Source of the DNA: a bacterium
GTDB taxonomy: Bacteria; Fidelibacterota; Marinisomatia; Marinisomatales; UBA1611
NCBI GenBank assembly: GCA_038127595.1
Contig: JAYPIC010000025.1
Location: forward strand, 1-12,619
Reading direction: 5' to 3'
DNA length: 12,619 nt
Shown here one piece after another: positions 1 to 7,769 of this stretch. The notes beneath the pieces are model-generated. The model was given only the letters and a program-made list of their open reading frames with translations, was not told the origin of the DNA and made no database searches. A program made the translations under genes and the position numbers. Positions within the stretch are counted from its first letter, which is position 1. Each line of letters opens with the position of its first letter.

Positions 1-135
1 TAACAAAATGTCATTGTGCGCATCAGCTACAAACGCCTCCATATGAATGTCGTATGTAGATTTTTCACAACTTGAAAACAAAAAGATAGAAGATATTAAT
101 ATAAAGAGAATTGAACTGAATTTAATCCCACTCAA
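1..135 (-). CDS. 5' fragment of a lipoprotein membrane dipeptidase (peptidase M19, amidohydrolase superfamily); runs off the window start
   Basis: Manual translation of the minus strand from TTG at 135 gives MSGIKFSSILFILISSIFLFSSCEKSTYDIHMEAFVADAHNDILL with no stop before the window edge. It has a hydrophobic signal ending in a lipobox-like LFSS-C, then H-x4-VADAHND matching the M19 N-terminal D-x-H-N-D metal motif. An SD-like AGGTGA lies 6 nt upstream (142-147). It overlaps the upstream gene by 14 nt and is not in the ORF track. Confidence 0.75.
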   Translation of the reverse strand, partial: MSGIKFSSILFILISSIFLFSSCEKSTYDIHMEAFVADAHNDILL

Positions 136-469
136 AACCAGTCACCTGATTACTGTATGAATCTATTTCTATAATGTTGTAATCTTGGATTTTATCAACA
201 AAATAATATAAAAATTTTGTAGAATCATTTTCGCTACGCCAAACCGAGTCTGGCAGACCTATATTATCTAAAACAACATTTTCACTTGGCTTATCCCTTA
301 AAAATTCCCATATCTCATAATCTGTCATTAAGCCTAAACTAAACATTGTTTTTTCAACTAGATCAGGTCTACTACTTTTTGTTGGCGGCAGTGAATATAA
401 TTTCGGTGATTTAACTTCCGATGCACATGAAAAGAATAATGATATTAGAGCTAAAATTATAATATGCAC
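122..469 (-). CDS. Small hypothetical lipoprotein, possibly SmpA/OmlA(BamE)-like or BLIP-like fold
   Basis: 115-aa ORF with a GTG start and a hydrophobic N-terminus ending in the lipobox-like LFFS-C. The segment SENVVLDNIGLPDSVW...FLYYF...IIEID...VTGFEW resembles the SmpA/OmlA pattern (S/T-x-x-x-V-x-x-x-hG-x-P-D...YY). Confidence 0.7.
   Translation of the reverse strand: MHIIILALISLFFSCASEVKSPKLYSLPPTKSSRPDLVEKTMFSLGLMTDYEIWEFLRDKPSENVVLDNIGLPDSVWRSENDSTKFLYYFVDKIQDYNIIEIDSYSNQVTGFEWD
142..147 (-). promoter_or_regulatory. Shine-Dalgarno-like AGGTGA for the dipeptidase TTG start at 135
   Basis: Plus-strand tcacct at 142-147 reads AGGTGA on the minus strand, complementary to the 16S rRNA 3' end, with a 6-nt spacer to the TTG. 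Confidence 0.5.
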
Positions 470-562
470 CCTTAAAAATAAGATATATGAATTCCATGAT
501 ACAAGTGAACTAATTTTAATATTTTGTTTTAACTTCTTACCAAGCCAAGCTCAAGTTTTACA
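470..562. promoter_or_regulatory. Divergent promoter region between the lipoprotein gene and the LOG operon
   Basis: 93-bp AT-rich gap between head-to-head start codons (469 minus, 563 plus). Individual -10/-35 boxes could not be assigned. Confidence 0.45.
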
Positions 563-1375
563 ATGGGAAATAAAAAAGAAAAAAATAGATTTTATTTTAA
601 TAAAGAATTTCTTTCCTCCCCCGAAGGGAGATCAGTTAGAATTCTTTCTGAATATTATGGCCCGCTGAAGAATATTAAGGAGAATAAAATTTTTGACACC
701 ATTGTATTTTTTGGTTCTGCAAGAATTAAATCCGAAAAAGAGGCTAAGACAATATTTGATAACATCGGCAGCTCTGCTACCCAACAAGAAATTAATAGAG
801 CTAAAAAAGATGTTGATATGAGCAGGTATTATGAGGATGCTCGCAAACTAGCTAAAAAATTCACAGAATGGAGTAAAGGGCTTAATAGCAAAAAATCTCG
901 CTACATCATAACATCTGGTGGCGGAGGTGGAATAATGGAAGCAGCAAATAGGGGAGCAAAAGAAGCCGATGGAATTTCCTTAGGATTGACTATATCACTT
1001 CCTTTTGAACAAACTAGTAATGAGTACATTACGAACGGGTTAGATCTAAAATTTCATTATTTCTTTATGAGGAAGTTTTGGTTCATTTACTTAGCTAAAG
1101 CATTAGTAGTATGGCCTGGTGGGTTCGGCACGTTAGATGAAGTGATGGAGCTTTTAACATTGATTCAAACTGAAAAAATTAAAAAAAAGTTACCTATCGT
1201 TCTTTATGGGTCTGAATTTTGGAACAATGTAGTTAACTGGGACTACCTAGTTGAATGTGGTACCATCTCACAATCTGACTTAGATCTCTTCCATATTTCA
1301 GATGACATAGATGATGCGTTTCATTTCATTGTGCAGTACATTGAAGATAATAAACTAAAAGGTCCTAATTTTTAA
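563..1375 (+). CDS. LOG family protein (TIGR00730-type nucleoside 5'-monophosphate phosphoribohydrolase, often mis-annotated as lysine decarboxylase)
   Basis: Motifs IVFFGSAR, ITSGGGGGIMEAANRGA, LPFEQ, FHYFFMRK and the diagnostic PGGFGTLDE (PGGxGTxxE). Confidence 0.93.
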   Translation: MGNKKEKNRFYFNKEFLSSPEGRSVRILSEYYGPLKNIKENKIFDTIVFFGSARIKSEKEAKTIFDNIGSSATQQEINRAKKDVDMSRYYEDARKLAKKFTEWSKGLNSKKSRYIITSGGGGGIMEAANRGAKEADGISLGLTISLPFEQTSNEYITNGLDLKFHYFFMRKFWFIYLAKALVVWPGGFGTLDEVMELLTLIQTEKIKKKLPIVLYGSEFWNNVVNWDYLVECGTISQSDLDLFHISDDIDDAFHFIVQYIEDNKLKGPNF

Positions 1376-1376
1376 C

Positions 1377-4300
1377 ATGCGAAAAATTTTAGTCTTAGTT
1401 TTTATACCAATTTTTCTATTCGCCCAACTAAAACCTGTTGAAAATCTTCAAAAAAATGCTCCGAGAGTTTGGACTTTAACTAATGCAATGATCCATACTG
1501 CTCCTGGCGATTTTATCAAAAGCGGGTCTATCGTCATTAGAAATGGCAAAATAGAATCAGTAGGAAGATACATCAAGTCGCCAAAAGATTCTTATGAAAT
1601 AGATATGCAAGGAGCCCATATATATGCAGGTTTTCTTGAAACATGGCTTGAAACAAAATCTTATGATTCAAAATCAAAAAGTAAAAGAAAGCATTGGGAC
1701 TCAAAAGTAAGACCCGATTACAGAGCTGTTGATAATATAGAAGTAAAGGATAAAGCATTAAAAGAGCTTCGAAGCTTAGGATTTACAACAGCTCACATCG
1801 CACCAGATCAAGGTATTTTCAGAGGACAAACAGGTGTAATAAGCTTGTCAGATCAACTGAACTCAATTAATTCCTCAGTTGCACAAGCTATAGATTTTAA
1901 ATACCGGGCCAAAAAAAACAGAGAATACCCTAGATCTTTATTAGGAGTCATTGCTCATATTAGACAGACGTTTTATGACTCTGATTGGTATTTAAAGGCT
2001 CAAGAGATTATACAGGAATATCCATCTGAGAACGAGCCTATATCTTCGAACTCATCTTTAGAAAGTCTTGGCCTGTCTAGAGCCTTAAACAAACCATTTG
2101 TTTTTATTTCATCAAATGAGAACTCTTCATCTAGAGCAATTAATATCGTAAAGGAGTTCAACCTTTCACCTTGGATTTTAGGCAGTGGATATGAATACAG
2201 GGTTCTTGATTATTTTGATGAAGTAAAACCTTTTTTCATCATGCCGATCAACTTTCCAGCAAAGCCAAATGTCACAAAACCAATGAGCGATCTACAATTT
2301 TCTACTAGAGAATTAAAGCATTGGGATATGGCTCCTGACAATTTGCTTTATCTTACAAATTCAGAATTTGACTTTTCAATTACTAGTCATGGCCTCAAGA
2401 AAAAAAATGATTTTCGCAAAAATCTTCAAAGAATTATTGAAAGAGGCTTAAACAAAGATATTGTTTTAGCAGCGCTGACAACCCAACCTGCAGAAATGCT
2501 AGGGTTAGAAAAATCATTCGGGAAAATAGCTAAAGGGTATAATGCAAACTTGGTTGTAGTTGATGGAGATTATTTTGATCATAAATCTAAAGTAGTTAGT
2601 GTTTGGATTGATGGAGAAGAAATATTTATTTCATCAAGAAAAAGCCCATCTTTCTTAGGAAAATGGTCTCTTAAATACAAGGGGACTGCTTATGATTTAG
2701 AAATCAAAGACCTTCTCAAAGGTCAAACCATTGGTACTAGTAATAAAATTTATAGCGGTACAATTAGCTATCAAGGTAGGAAAACTGATTTATACAACAT
2801 AGATATCTATGAATCTTCAATTTCTTTTTCAGTCGATGGCGCTAGCCTCGATCATAAAGGTACATTAACGTTTAACGGAGATTTGACTGACTCACAAATC
2901 ATTGGAAATGGAAAAGGTTTATTTCAAGAATCATCACCTTTCCAAGCAGACAGAAAGAAGAAGGATGTAGAAAAAGATTCTAATTTAGAACCTGCAAGTA
3001 AGTTATCAGTATTTAAACCTGAAGGTGCTTATGGTCTCATAAAAAAACACCCAAAACCTAATGCAGTACTAATTAATGATGCTACACTTTGGACATGCGG
3101 ACCAAAAGGCACTTTAGCTGAATGGGATATATTATTTGTTGATGGAAAAATTGAACAAGTTGCTCCTGACATAACAGTGCCACAAGGAAGTGCAATCTTA
3201 ATAGAAGGAGCAGGAAAACATGTAACGCCGGGCCTAATTGATTGCCATAGCCATTCTGCTGCAAGTAGTATAAATGAAGGCACTCAATATATTACATCCG
3301 AAGTAAGAATGAGTGATGTTTTAGACCCTACAGATATAAATATTTATAGGCAACTAGGCGGCGGGTTAACTACTGCAAATGTTTTACATGGCTCAGCAAA
3401 CCCAATAGGAGGACAAAATGCAGTTATTAAACTTCGCTGGGGCAGCAAGGCAAACCAACTTTTATTTAAAAATGCACCAGAGGGAATAAAGTTTGCTTTA
3501 GGCGAAAATGTAAAACAGGCTAATTGGGGTGGTACAAACCGGTACCCACAAACTCGTATGGGTGTAGAGCAAGTAATGAGGGATGCTTTTAGAGCAGCTC
3601 TTGATTACAAACATGCAAATGATAACTATATGCGCAATGCAAAATATCAAAGAACAAAAATACCCCCTAGGAAAGATCTAGAGCTTGATGCACTTGTTGA
3701 AATACTTGAAGGTGAGAGATTAGTTCATTGTCATTCATATCGTCAAGATGAAATTCTAATGCTCACTCGAGTAGCAGAGGATTTTGGCTTTAAAATAGCA
3801 ACCTTCCAACATGTTCTTGAAGGGTATAAAGTTGCAGATCGGCTCGCTGAACATGGTGCTGGCGCTTCAACTTTTTCTGATTGGTGGCAATACAAATATG
3901 AAGTAATCGATGCAATACCATATAATGGTAGTATGATGGTAAAAAGCAATGTTCTAGTATCATTTAATTCTGATGACGATGAACTTGCGCGAAGATTAAA
4001 TACAGAGGCCGCTAAAGCTATTCAGTATGGTAATCTAGATCCTAACGAAGCTTTAAAGTTGGTAACTATAAATCCAGCAAAACAATTAAAAATTGATAAA
4101 TACGTTGGTTCTTTGGAACCCAAAAAAGATGCTGATTTTGTTATCTGGGATGGTGAACCACTATCTATATATAGTAAAGTTGAAGAAACGTGGATCGATG
4201 GCATTAGATATTATTCCCAGAATGATAATAAGTTACTTGAAGAAAGGGACGCAGAACTAAGGAGCAATATCATTCAAAAAATATTATCGACCAAAGGCCC

Positions 4301-4391
4301 AAGTACCTTTAGTAGTAGCAAGAAAACATCATCAATGCACAATGGTCATAAATGCGACATTTTAGATAATACAGGTGTTTATGATGATTAA
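1377..4391 (+). CDS. Exported double-domain amidohydrolase family protein (degenerate N-terminal barrel, beta-rich linker domain, intact C-terminal metal-dependent barrel)
   Basis: Signal peptide MRKILVLVFIPIFLFA|Q. There are two amidohydrolase repeats, each with the N-terminal beta-sandwich and a C-terminal G(K/S)(I/L)xxxx(N/D)A(N/D) element. Repeat 2 has PGLIDCHSH (DCHSH at 3240-3254), IKFALGEN, HCHSY, FQHVLEG and FNSDD. Repeat 1 has AGFLETWLE in place of the HxH motif. Starts 1 nt after the LOG stop. Confidence 0.9.
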   Translation: MRKILVLVFIPIFLFAQLKPVENLQKNAPRVWTLTNAMIHTAPGDFIKSGSIVIRNGKIESVGRYIKSPKDSYEIDMQGAHIYAGFLETWLETKSYDSKSKSKRKHWDSKVRPDYRAVDNIEVKDKALKELRSLGFTTAHIAPDQGIFRGQTGVISLSDQLNSINSSVAQAIDFKYRAKKNREYPRSLLGVIAHIRQTFYDSDWYLKAQEIIQEYPSENEPISSNSSLESLGLSRALNKPFVFISSNENSSSRAINIVKEFNLSPWILGSGYEYRVLDYFDEVKPFFIMPINFPAKPNVTKPMSDLQFSTRELKHWDMAPDNLLYLTNSEFDFSITSHGLKKKNDFRKNLQRIIERGLNKDIVLAALTTQPAEMLGLEKSFGKIAKGYNANLVVVDGDYFDHKSKVVSVWIDGEEIFISSRKSPSFLGKWSLKYKGTAYDLEIKDLLKGQTIGTSNKIYSGTISYQGRKTDLYNIDIYESSISFSVDGASLDHKGTLTFNGDLTDSQIIGNGKGLFQESSPFQADRKKKDVEKDSNLEPASKLSVFKPEGAYGLIKKHPKPNAVLINDATLWTCGPKGTLAEWDILFVDGKIEQVAPDITVPQGSAILIEGAGKHVTPGLIDCHSHSAASSINEGTQYITSEVRMSDVLDPTDINIYRQLGGGLTTANVLHGSANPIGGQNAVIKLRWGSKANQLLFKNAPEGIKFALGENVKQANWGGTNRYPQTRMGVEQVMRDAFRAALDYKHANDNYMRNAKYQRTKIPPRKDLELDALVEILEGERLVHCHSYRQDEILMLTRVAEDFGFKIATFQHVLEGYKVADRLAEHGAGASTFSDWWQYKYEVIDAIPYNGSMMVKSNVLVSFNSDDDELARRLNTEAAKAIQYGNLDPNEALKLVTINPAKQLKIDKYVGSLEPKKDADFVIWDGEPLSIYSKVEETWIDGIRYYSQNDNKLLEERDAELRSNIIQKILSTKGPSTFSSSKKTSSMHNGHKCDILDNTGVYDD

Positions 4392-5706
4392 AATAATATT
4401 CACCTTATTCCTATTTAGTCTTGGAATTTCAAATGATCAAATTCCCGGGGAAGATCAAAAAAGACCAATTATATTAAAAGGAGGTATTCTACATACAGTG
4501 TCAACAGATATTTTTGAAGGATACGATATACTTTTTTCAAAAGGTAAAATTGTTAGAATAGAGAAAAATATAATGGCGTCTCCAGAAACAGATGTATACG
4601 ATGTCTTTGGTAAACACATAATTCCAGGTTACATCGCGCCAATTACTAGAATCGGATTAGTAGAAATTGGCTTAGTAAAACAGACTAGAGACTTTGCTGA
4701 AAGAGGATCATTCAATCCCAATGTAAAGGCAAATGTAAGCTACAATCCTGATTCTGACCTTATACCTATCACACGTTCAAACGGAGTCTTAGTTGTAAAC
4801 TCCGTTCCTGCAGGAGGTCGCATATCTGGTCAATCATCTGTAATGATGCTTGATGGATGGACATGGGAACAAGCTACATTAAAACATCCATCTGGACTAC
4901 ACATTAACTGGCCCTCAATGAGGATAAATTATGGAGCAAATGTAAAAAAATCTGAAAAACAACAAAAAGAAGAAATTCAAAAGTCAATTAGAGATCTTGA
5001 CCACATGGTCCGTGATGTTAGAGCATACTTTCAACGTATAAAGCAAAGAAGCCGTATCGCAGGCGAAAGACAAAAGTCAGACCTTAGGTTAGAGTCAATG
5101 ATACCATTTGTAGTAGAAAAAAAGAAAATTTTCATTCATGCAGATGAGGCAAGACAGATAAAATCAGCGGTTGAGTGGGCCAAAAAAAATGACCTTAAAA
5201 TTATTATTGTAGGTGGTTCAGATAGTTGGCGACTAACAGATCTATTGGTTAAAAATAACATACCAGTAGTTATTGACCAGGTAGAAAAGATACCTACTCG
5301 CAGATTTGAACCAATCCATTTGCCATACAAGTTACCTTTCTTATTAAAGCAAGCTGGAGTGCAGTTCTGTTTAAATACGATCATTGGTTACCCGCATGAT
5401 GGCAATATACGTAATCTCCCGAATGAGGCTATGCGAGCCGCTGCTTATGGATTGGATAAATCAGAAGCATTACGTTCTATTACTTTAAGCACTGCCGAAA
5501 TTTTAGGAGTTGATGATATGATCGGCTCATTAGATATTGGTAAAGATGCTACATTTTTTATTTCTGAAACACCACCAATGGAAATGAATCCAAAAATTCT
5601 TATGGCATTTATTCAAGGTAAAGAGGTGGATCTCAACAACCATCAAAAAATGCTCTATAAAAAATATCAAGAGAAATATAGAAGACAAGGTCAACTAAAC
5701 CAATAA
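4381..5706 (+). CDS. Exported amidohydrolase-like protein, probable non-catalytic partner subunit
   Basis: Signal peptide (MMIKIIFTLFLFSLGIS) and amidohydrolase fold motifs (ILFSKGKI, GKHIIPGY, IFIHAD, ITLSTAEILG, GSLDIGKDAT). The DxHxH position reads APITR. The start is more likely ATG 4381 or 4384 than GTG 4375, because AGGTG at 4373-4377 looks like the SD. Overlaps the upstream stop codon. Confidence 0.87.
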   Translation: MMIKIIFTLFLFSLGISNDQIPGEDQKRPIILKGGILHTVSTDIFEGYDILFSKGKIVRIEKNIMASPETDVYDVFGKHIIPGYIAPITRIGLVEIGLVKQTRDFAERGSFNPNVKANVSYNPDSDLIPITRSNGVLVVNSVPAGGRISGQSSVMMLDGWTWEQATLKHPSGLHINWPSMRINYGANVKKSEKQQKEEIQKSIRDLDHMVRDVRAYFQRIKQRSRIAGERQKSDLRLESMIPFVVEKKKIFIHADEARQIKSAVEWAKKNDLKIIIVGGSDSWRLTDLLVKNNIPVVIDQVEKIPTRRFEPIHLPYKLPFLLKQAGVQFCLNTIIGYPHDGNIRNLPNEAMRAAAYGLDKSEALRSITLSTAEILGVDDMIGSLDIGKDATFFISETPPMEMNPKILMAFIQGKEVDLNNHQKMLYKKYQEKYRRQGQLNQ

Positions 5707-5730
5707 TAAGCAAATTTCTGCAACGCTTGT

Positions 5731-6999
5731 ATGCCGTCCAACAATATAAATATTAAAAGTATAGCTGTAATTGGAGCAGGGGTTATGGGTGCCCAATTAG
5801 CTGCACTTTTTGCAAACAAAAGCATTAGATCATATTTATACGATATCACAACTGATACTGCTACTTCAGGAAGAGATCGGTTAAAAATAATTAAACCACC
5901 GCCGCTTGAACAACCTGAGAACATTGAACTAATTCAAGCCTGCGGCCTTAATAAAGACATTCATGAAATTAAAAAAGTAGATTGGATAATCGAGGCAGTT
6001 CCAGAAAAAATTGAAATTAAAATTGAAGTATTTAAAAAAATCTCTCCATATATACATAAAAGGGCAATACTATCATCGAACACATCTGGCATTACGTTAA
6101 ATGAACTCATTAAAAACCTACCAGAAAACTTAAAAAGTAGGTTTTTGATTACTCATTTTTTTAATCCACCAAGATATATGAAGCTTTTGGAGATCGTAAA
6201 AAATAAGCAAACATCACTAGAAATTTATAACTCATTAATAAGCTTTTGCAGATCAATATTAAATAAAGGAATAGTGCCAGCTAAAGACAATCCAAATTTC
6301 ATTGGCAATAGAGTTGGAATATTCAGTTTAATGTCCGCAATTAAATTAAGTATCATTAAAAATATTAAAATTGAGGAAGTAGATTTTTTAACAGGGGCTA
6401 TATGCGGAAGACCAAAAAGCGCAACATTTAGAACGGCAGACATCATTGGGTTAGACACACTAGAAAGTGTAGCTATGACCACACATGACAAATCAAAAGA
6501 TGATGAGTCGATTGAGGTGTTTAAACCTCCAAGCATAATAAAAATACTTATAAAGAATAATTACTTAGGACAAAAATCAAAATCAGGTTTTTACAAAAAA
6601 AATGATGATGGGGCAATACAAGTTTTTAATCCTGAAAAAAATGAATATCAGCATGTTCAAAAACTAGATCTTGGAATAAATCAAAACATATTAAATAATG
6701 AGAATATAAATGATAGACTAAATGCCATAATAAACTTGGATAATAAATATGGCGATTTTCTATGGCACTCTATTTCAGACATGCTTTTATACTGTGCAAA
6801 TCGAGTTCCTGAAATAACAAGTGAACCAATCAATATAGATAATGCAATGAAATGGGGTTTTGGCTGGCAATTCGGCCCGTTTGAATTATGGCAAATGCTG
6901 GGTTTAGAAAAGACTGTAAAAAGAATGCAAAAAGATAAAAAAAACATCCCAAATTGGATTAGAGAGAAAGTCCTAAAAAAAGAATTAACATTCTTTTAA
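5731..6999 (+). CDS. 3-hydroxyacyl-CoA dehydrogenase, FadN-type, lacking the C-terminal enoyl-CoA hydratase domain
   Basis: Rossmann motif IAVIGAGVMG, DWIIEAVPE, SSNTSG, catalytic THFFNPPRYMKLLE, and FadN-type KDNPNFIGNR, GRPKSATFRTAD, LGQKSKSGFY and IDNAMKWGFGWQFGPFE. Only 422 aa. Confidence 0.9.
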   Translation: MPSNNINIKSIAVIGAGVMGAQLAALFANKSIRSYLYDITTDTATSGRDRLKIIKPPPLEQPENIELIQACGLNKDIHEIKKVDWIIEAVPEKIEIKIEVFKKISPYIHKRAILSSNTSGITLNELIKNLPENLKSRFLITHFFNPPRYMKLLEIVKNKQTSLEIYNSLISFCRSILNKGIVPAKDNPNFIGNRVGIFSLMSAIKLSIIKNIKIEEVDFLTGAICGRPKSATFRTADIIGLDTLESVAMTTHDKSKDDESIEVFKPPSIIKILIKNNYLGQKSKSGFYKKNDDGAIQVFNPEKNEYQHVQKLDLGINQNILNNENINDRLNAIINLDNKYGDFLWHSISDMLLYCANRVPEITSEPINIDNAMKWGFGWQFGPFELWQMLGLEKTVKRMQKDKKNIPNWIREKVLKKELTFF

Positions 7000-7019
7000 A
7001 AAGATTCAAAAATGCAGAA

Positions 7020-7769
7020 TTATAATCTGGGTATTCTTTTCAAACTACTTTCTCGGAATAATTTAGAATCAACATCCGTATTAATCGATACATAATCAAT
7101 GTAAATTTCTGTTTTATGATTTTTTTGGATGTCTCGGACCAAAATTTTTGAAGCTAGCTCATAACTCTTTACCATTTTATATGAATATATTTTTACTTTT
7201 TTCAATTCATCATTTTTGCCAAATGATTTTTCTTTGAGAATAGTAAGATTTTTTTTTGAAACCCATAAAATATGTTTACTGTAAGCACTTTTCAACTCAG
7301 GCTTTGATATAACATTTAAAACATAACAATCGACACCATTAAATAGTTCATCATTTAAGCGGTCATAATTATTATCAGAGAGCACTCTGCTATTTAAATC
7401 TTCATAGCTCAGATCTGAACCCATGAATGAATCATTCATCCTATTTGAATTTATTCTGCGAATTTTATTAAAGGCAGGCAGCCACATTCGTATTTCATTA
7501 TCTTTGTCTTCATATTCTTTCCTTAGGAAAGATATGCCTCTATCTGCCTTAGGTTCTAAAACCCATATGATCTGATTCTTGCCAATGTTATTTGATTTTG
7601 ATAATAATATATTTTCACGGGATTTATTTTTTGCATTTGTTAGCACCATGGAAATTCTACTAAATACACTTTGTGGCCTTTCCTTATTATCAAGTTTTTG
7701 TGCTATATCAAGACCAGATTGCGAAAAAGAAATCGTTATGCTGCAAAAAAGTGGAACAAACGCCCTCAT
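7020..7769 (-). CDS. LolA-like outer-membrane lipoprotein-sorting family protein (LolA_like/DUF1329-related periplasmic carrier)
   Basis: Signal peptide plus family motifs EPKADRGISFL, MWLPAFNKIRRI, SFMGSDLSYEDL, DCYVL and YSKHILWV. ATGA start/stop overlap with the MMPL gene at 7766-7769. Confidence 0.88.
   Translation of the reverse strand: MRAFVPLFCSITISFSQSGLDIAQKLDNKERPQSVFSRISMVLTNAKNKSRENILLSKSNNIGKNQIIWVLEPKADRGISFLRKEYEDKDNEIRMWLPAFNKIRRINSNRMNDSFMGSDLSYEDLNSRVLSDNNYDRLNDELFNGVDCYVLNVISKPELKSAYSKHILWVSKKNLTILKEKSFGKNDELKKVKIYSYKMVKSYELASKILVRDIQKNHKTEIYIDYVSINTDVDSKLFRESSLKRIPRL

Noticed and set aside
540..555. CCAAG-CCAAG-CTCAAG short tandem repeat upstream of LOG
   Set aside because: Too short and degenerate to distinguish from chance.
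563..1375. Lysine decarboxylase or cytokinin-production interpretation of the LOG gene
   Set aside because: There is no PLP-enzyme motif, and this family is a known mis-annotation. Nothing in the window supports cytokinin synthesis specifically.
1573..6947. Short minus-strand ORFs (1573-1758, 3029-3283, 3082-3264, 3743-3949, 4022-4204, 5136-5384, 5691-5924, 6225-6536, 6681-6947)
   Set aside because: They lie antisense to well-supported long genes and have no recognisable motifs, so they are shadow ORFs.
5731..6999. Calling the short FadN-like gene a pseudogene
   Set aside because: The NAD-binding and catalytic motifs and both C-terminal helical domains are intact with no internal stops, so it can plausibly work as a stand-alone dehydrogenase.
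7000..7019. Possible bidirectional terminator between convergent genes
   Set aside because: No GC-rich stem-loop with a U-tract is visible in the 20-bp gap.
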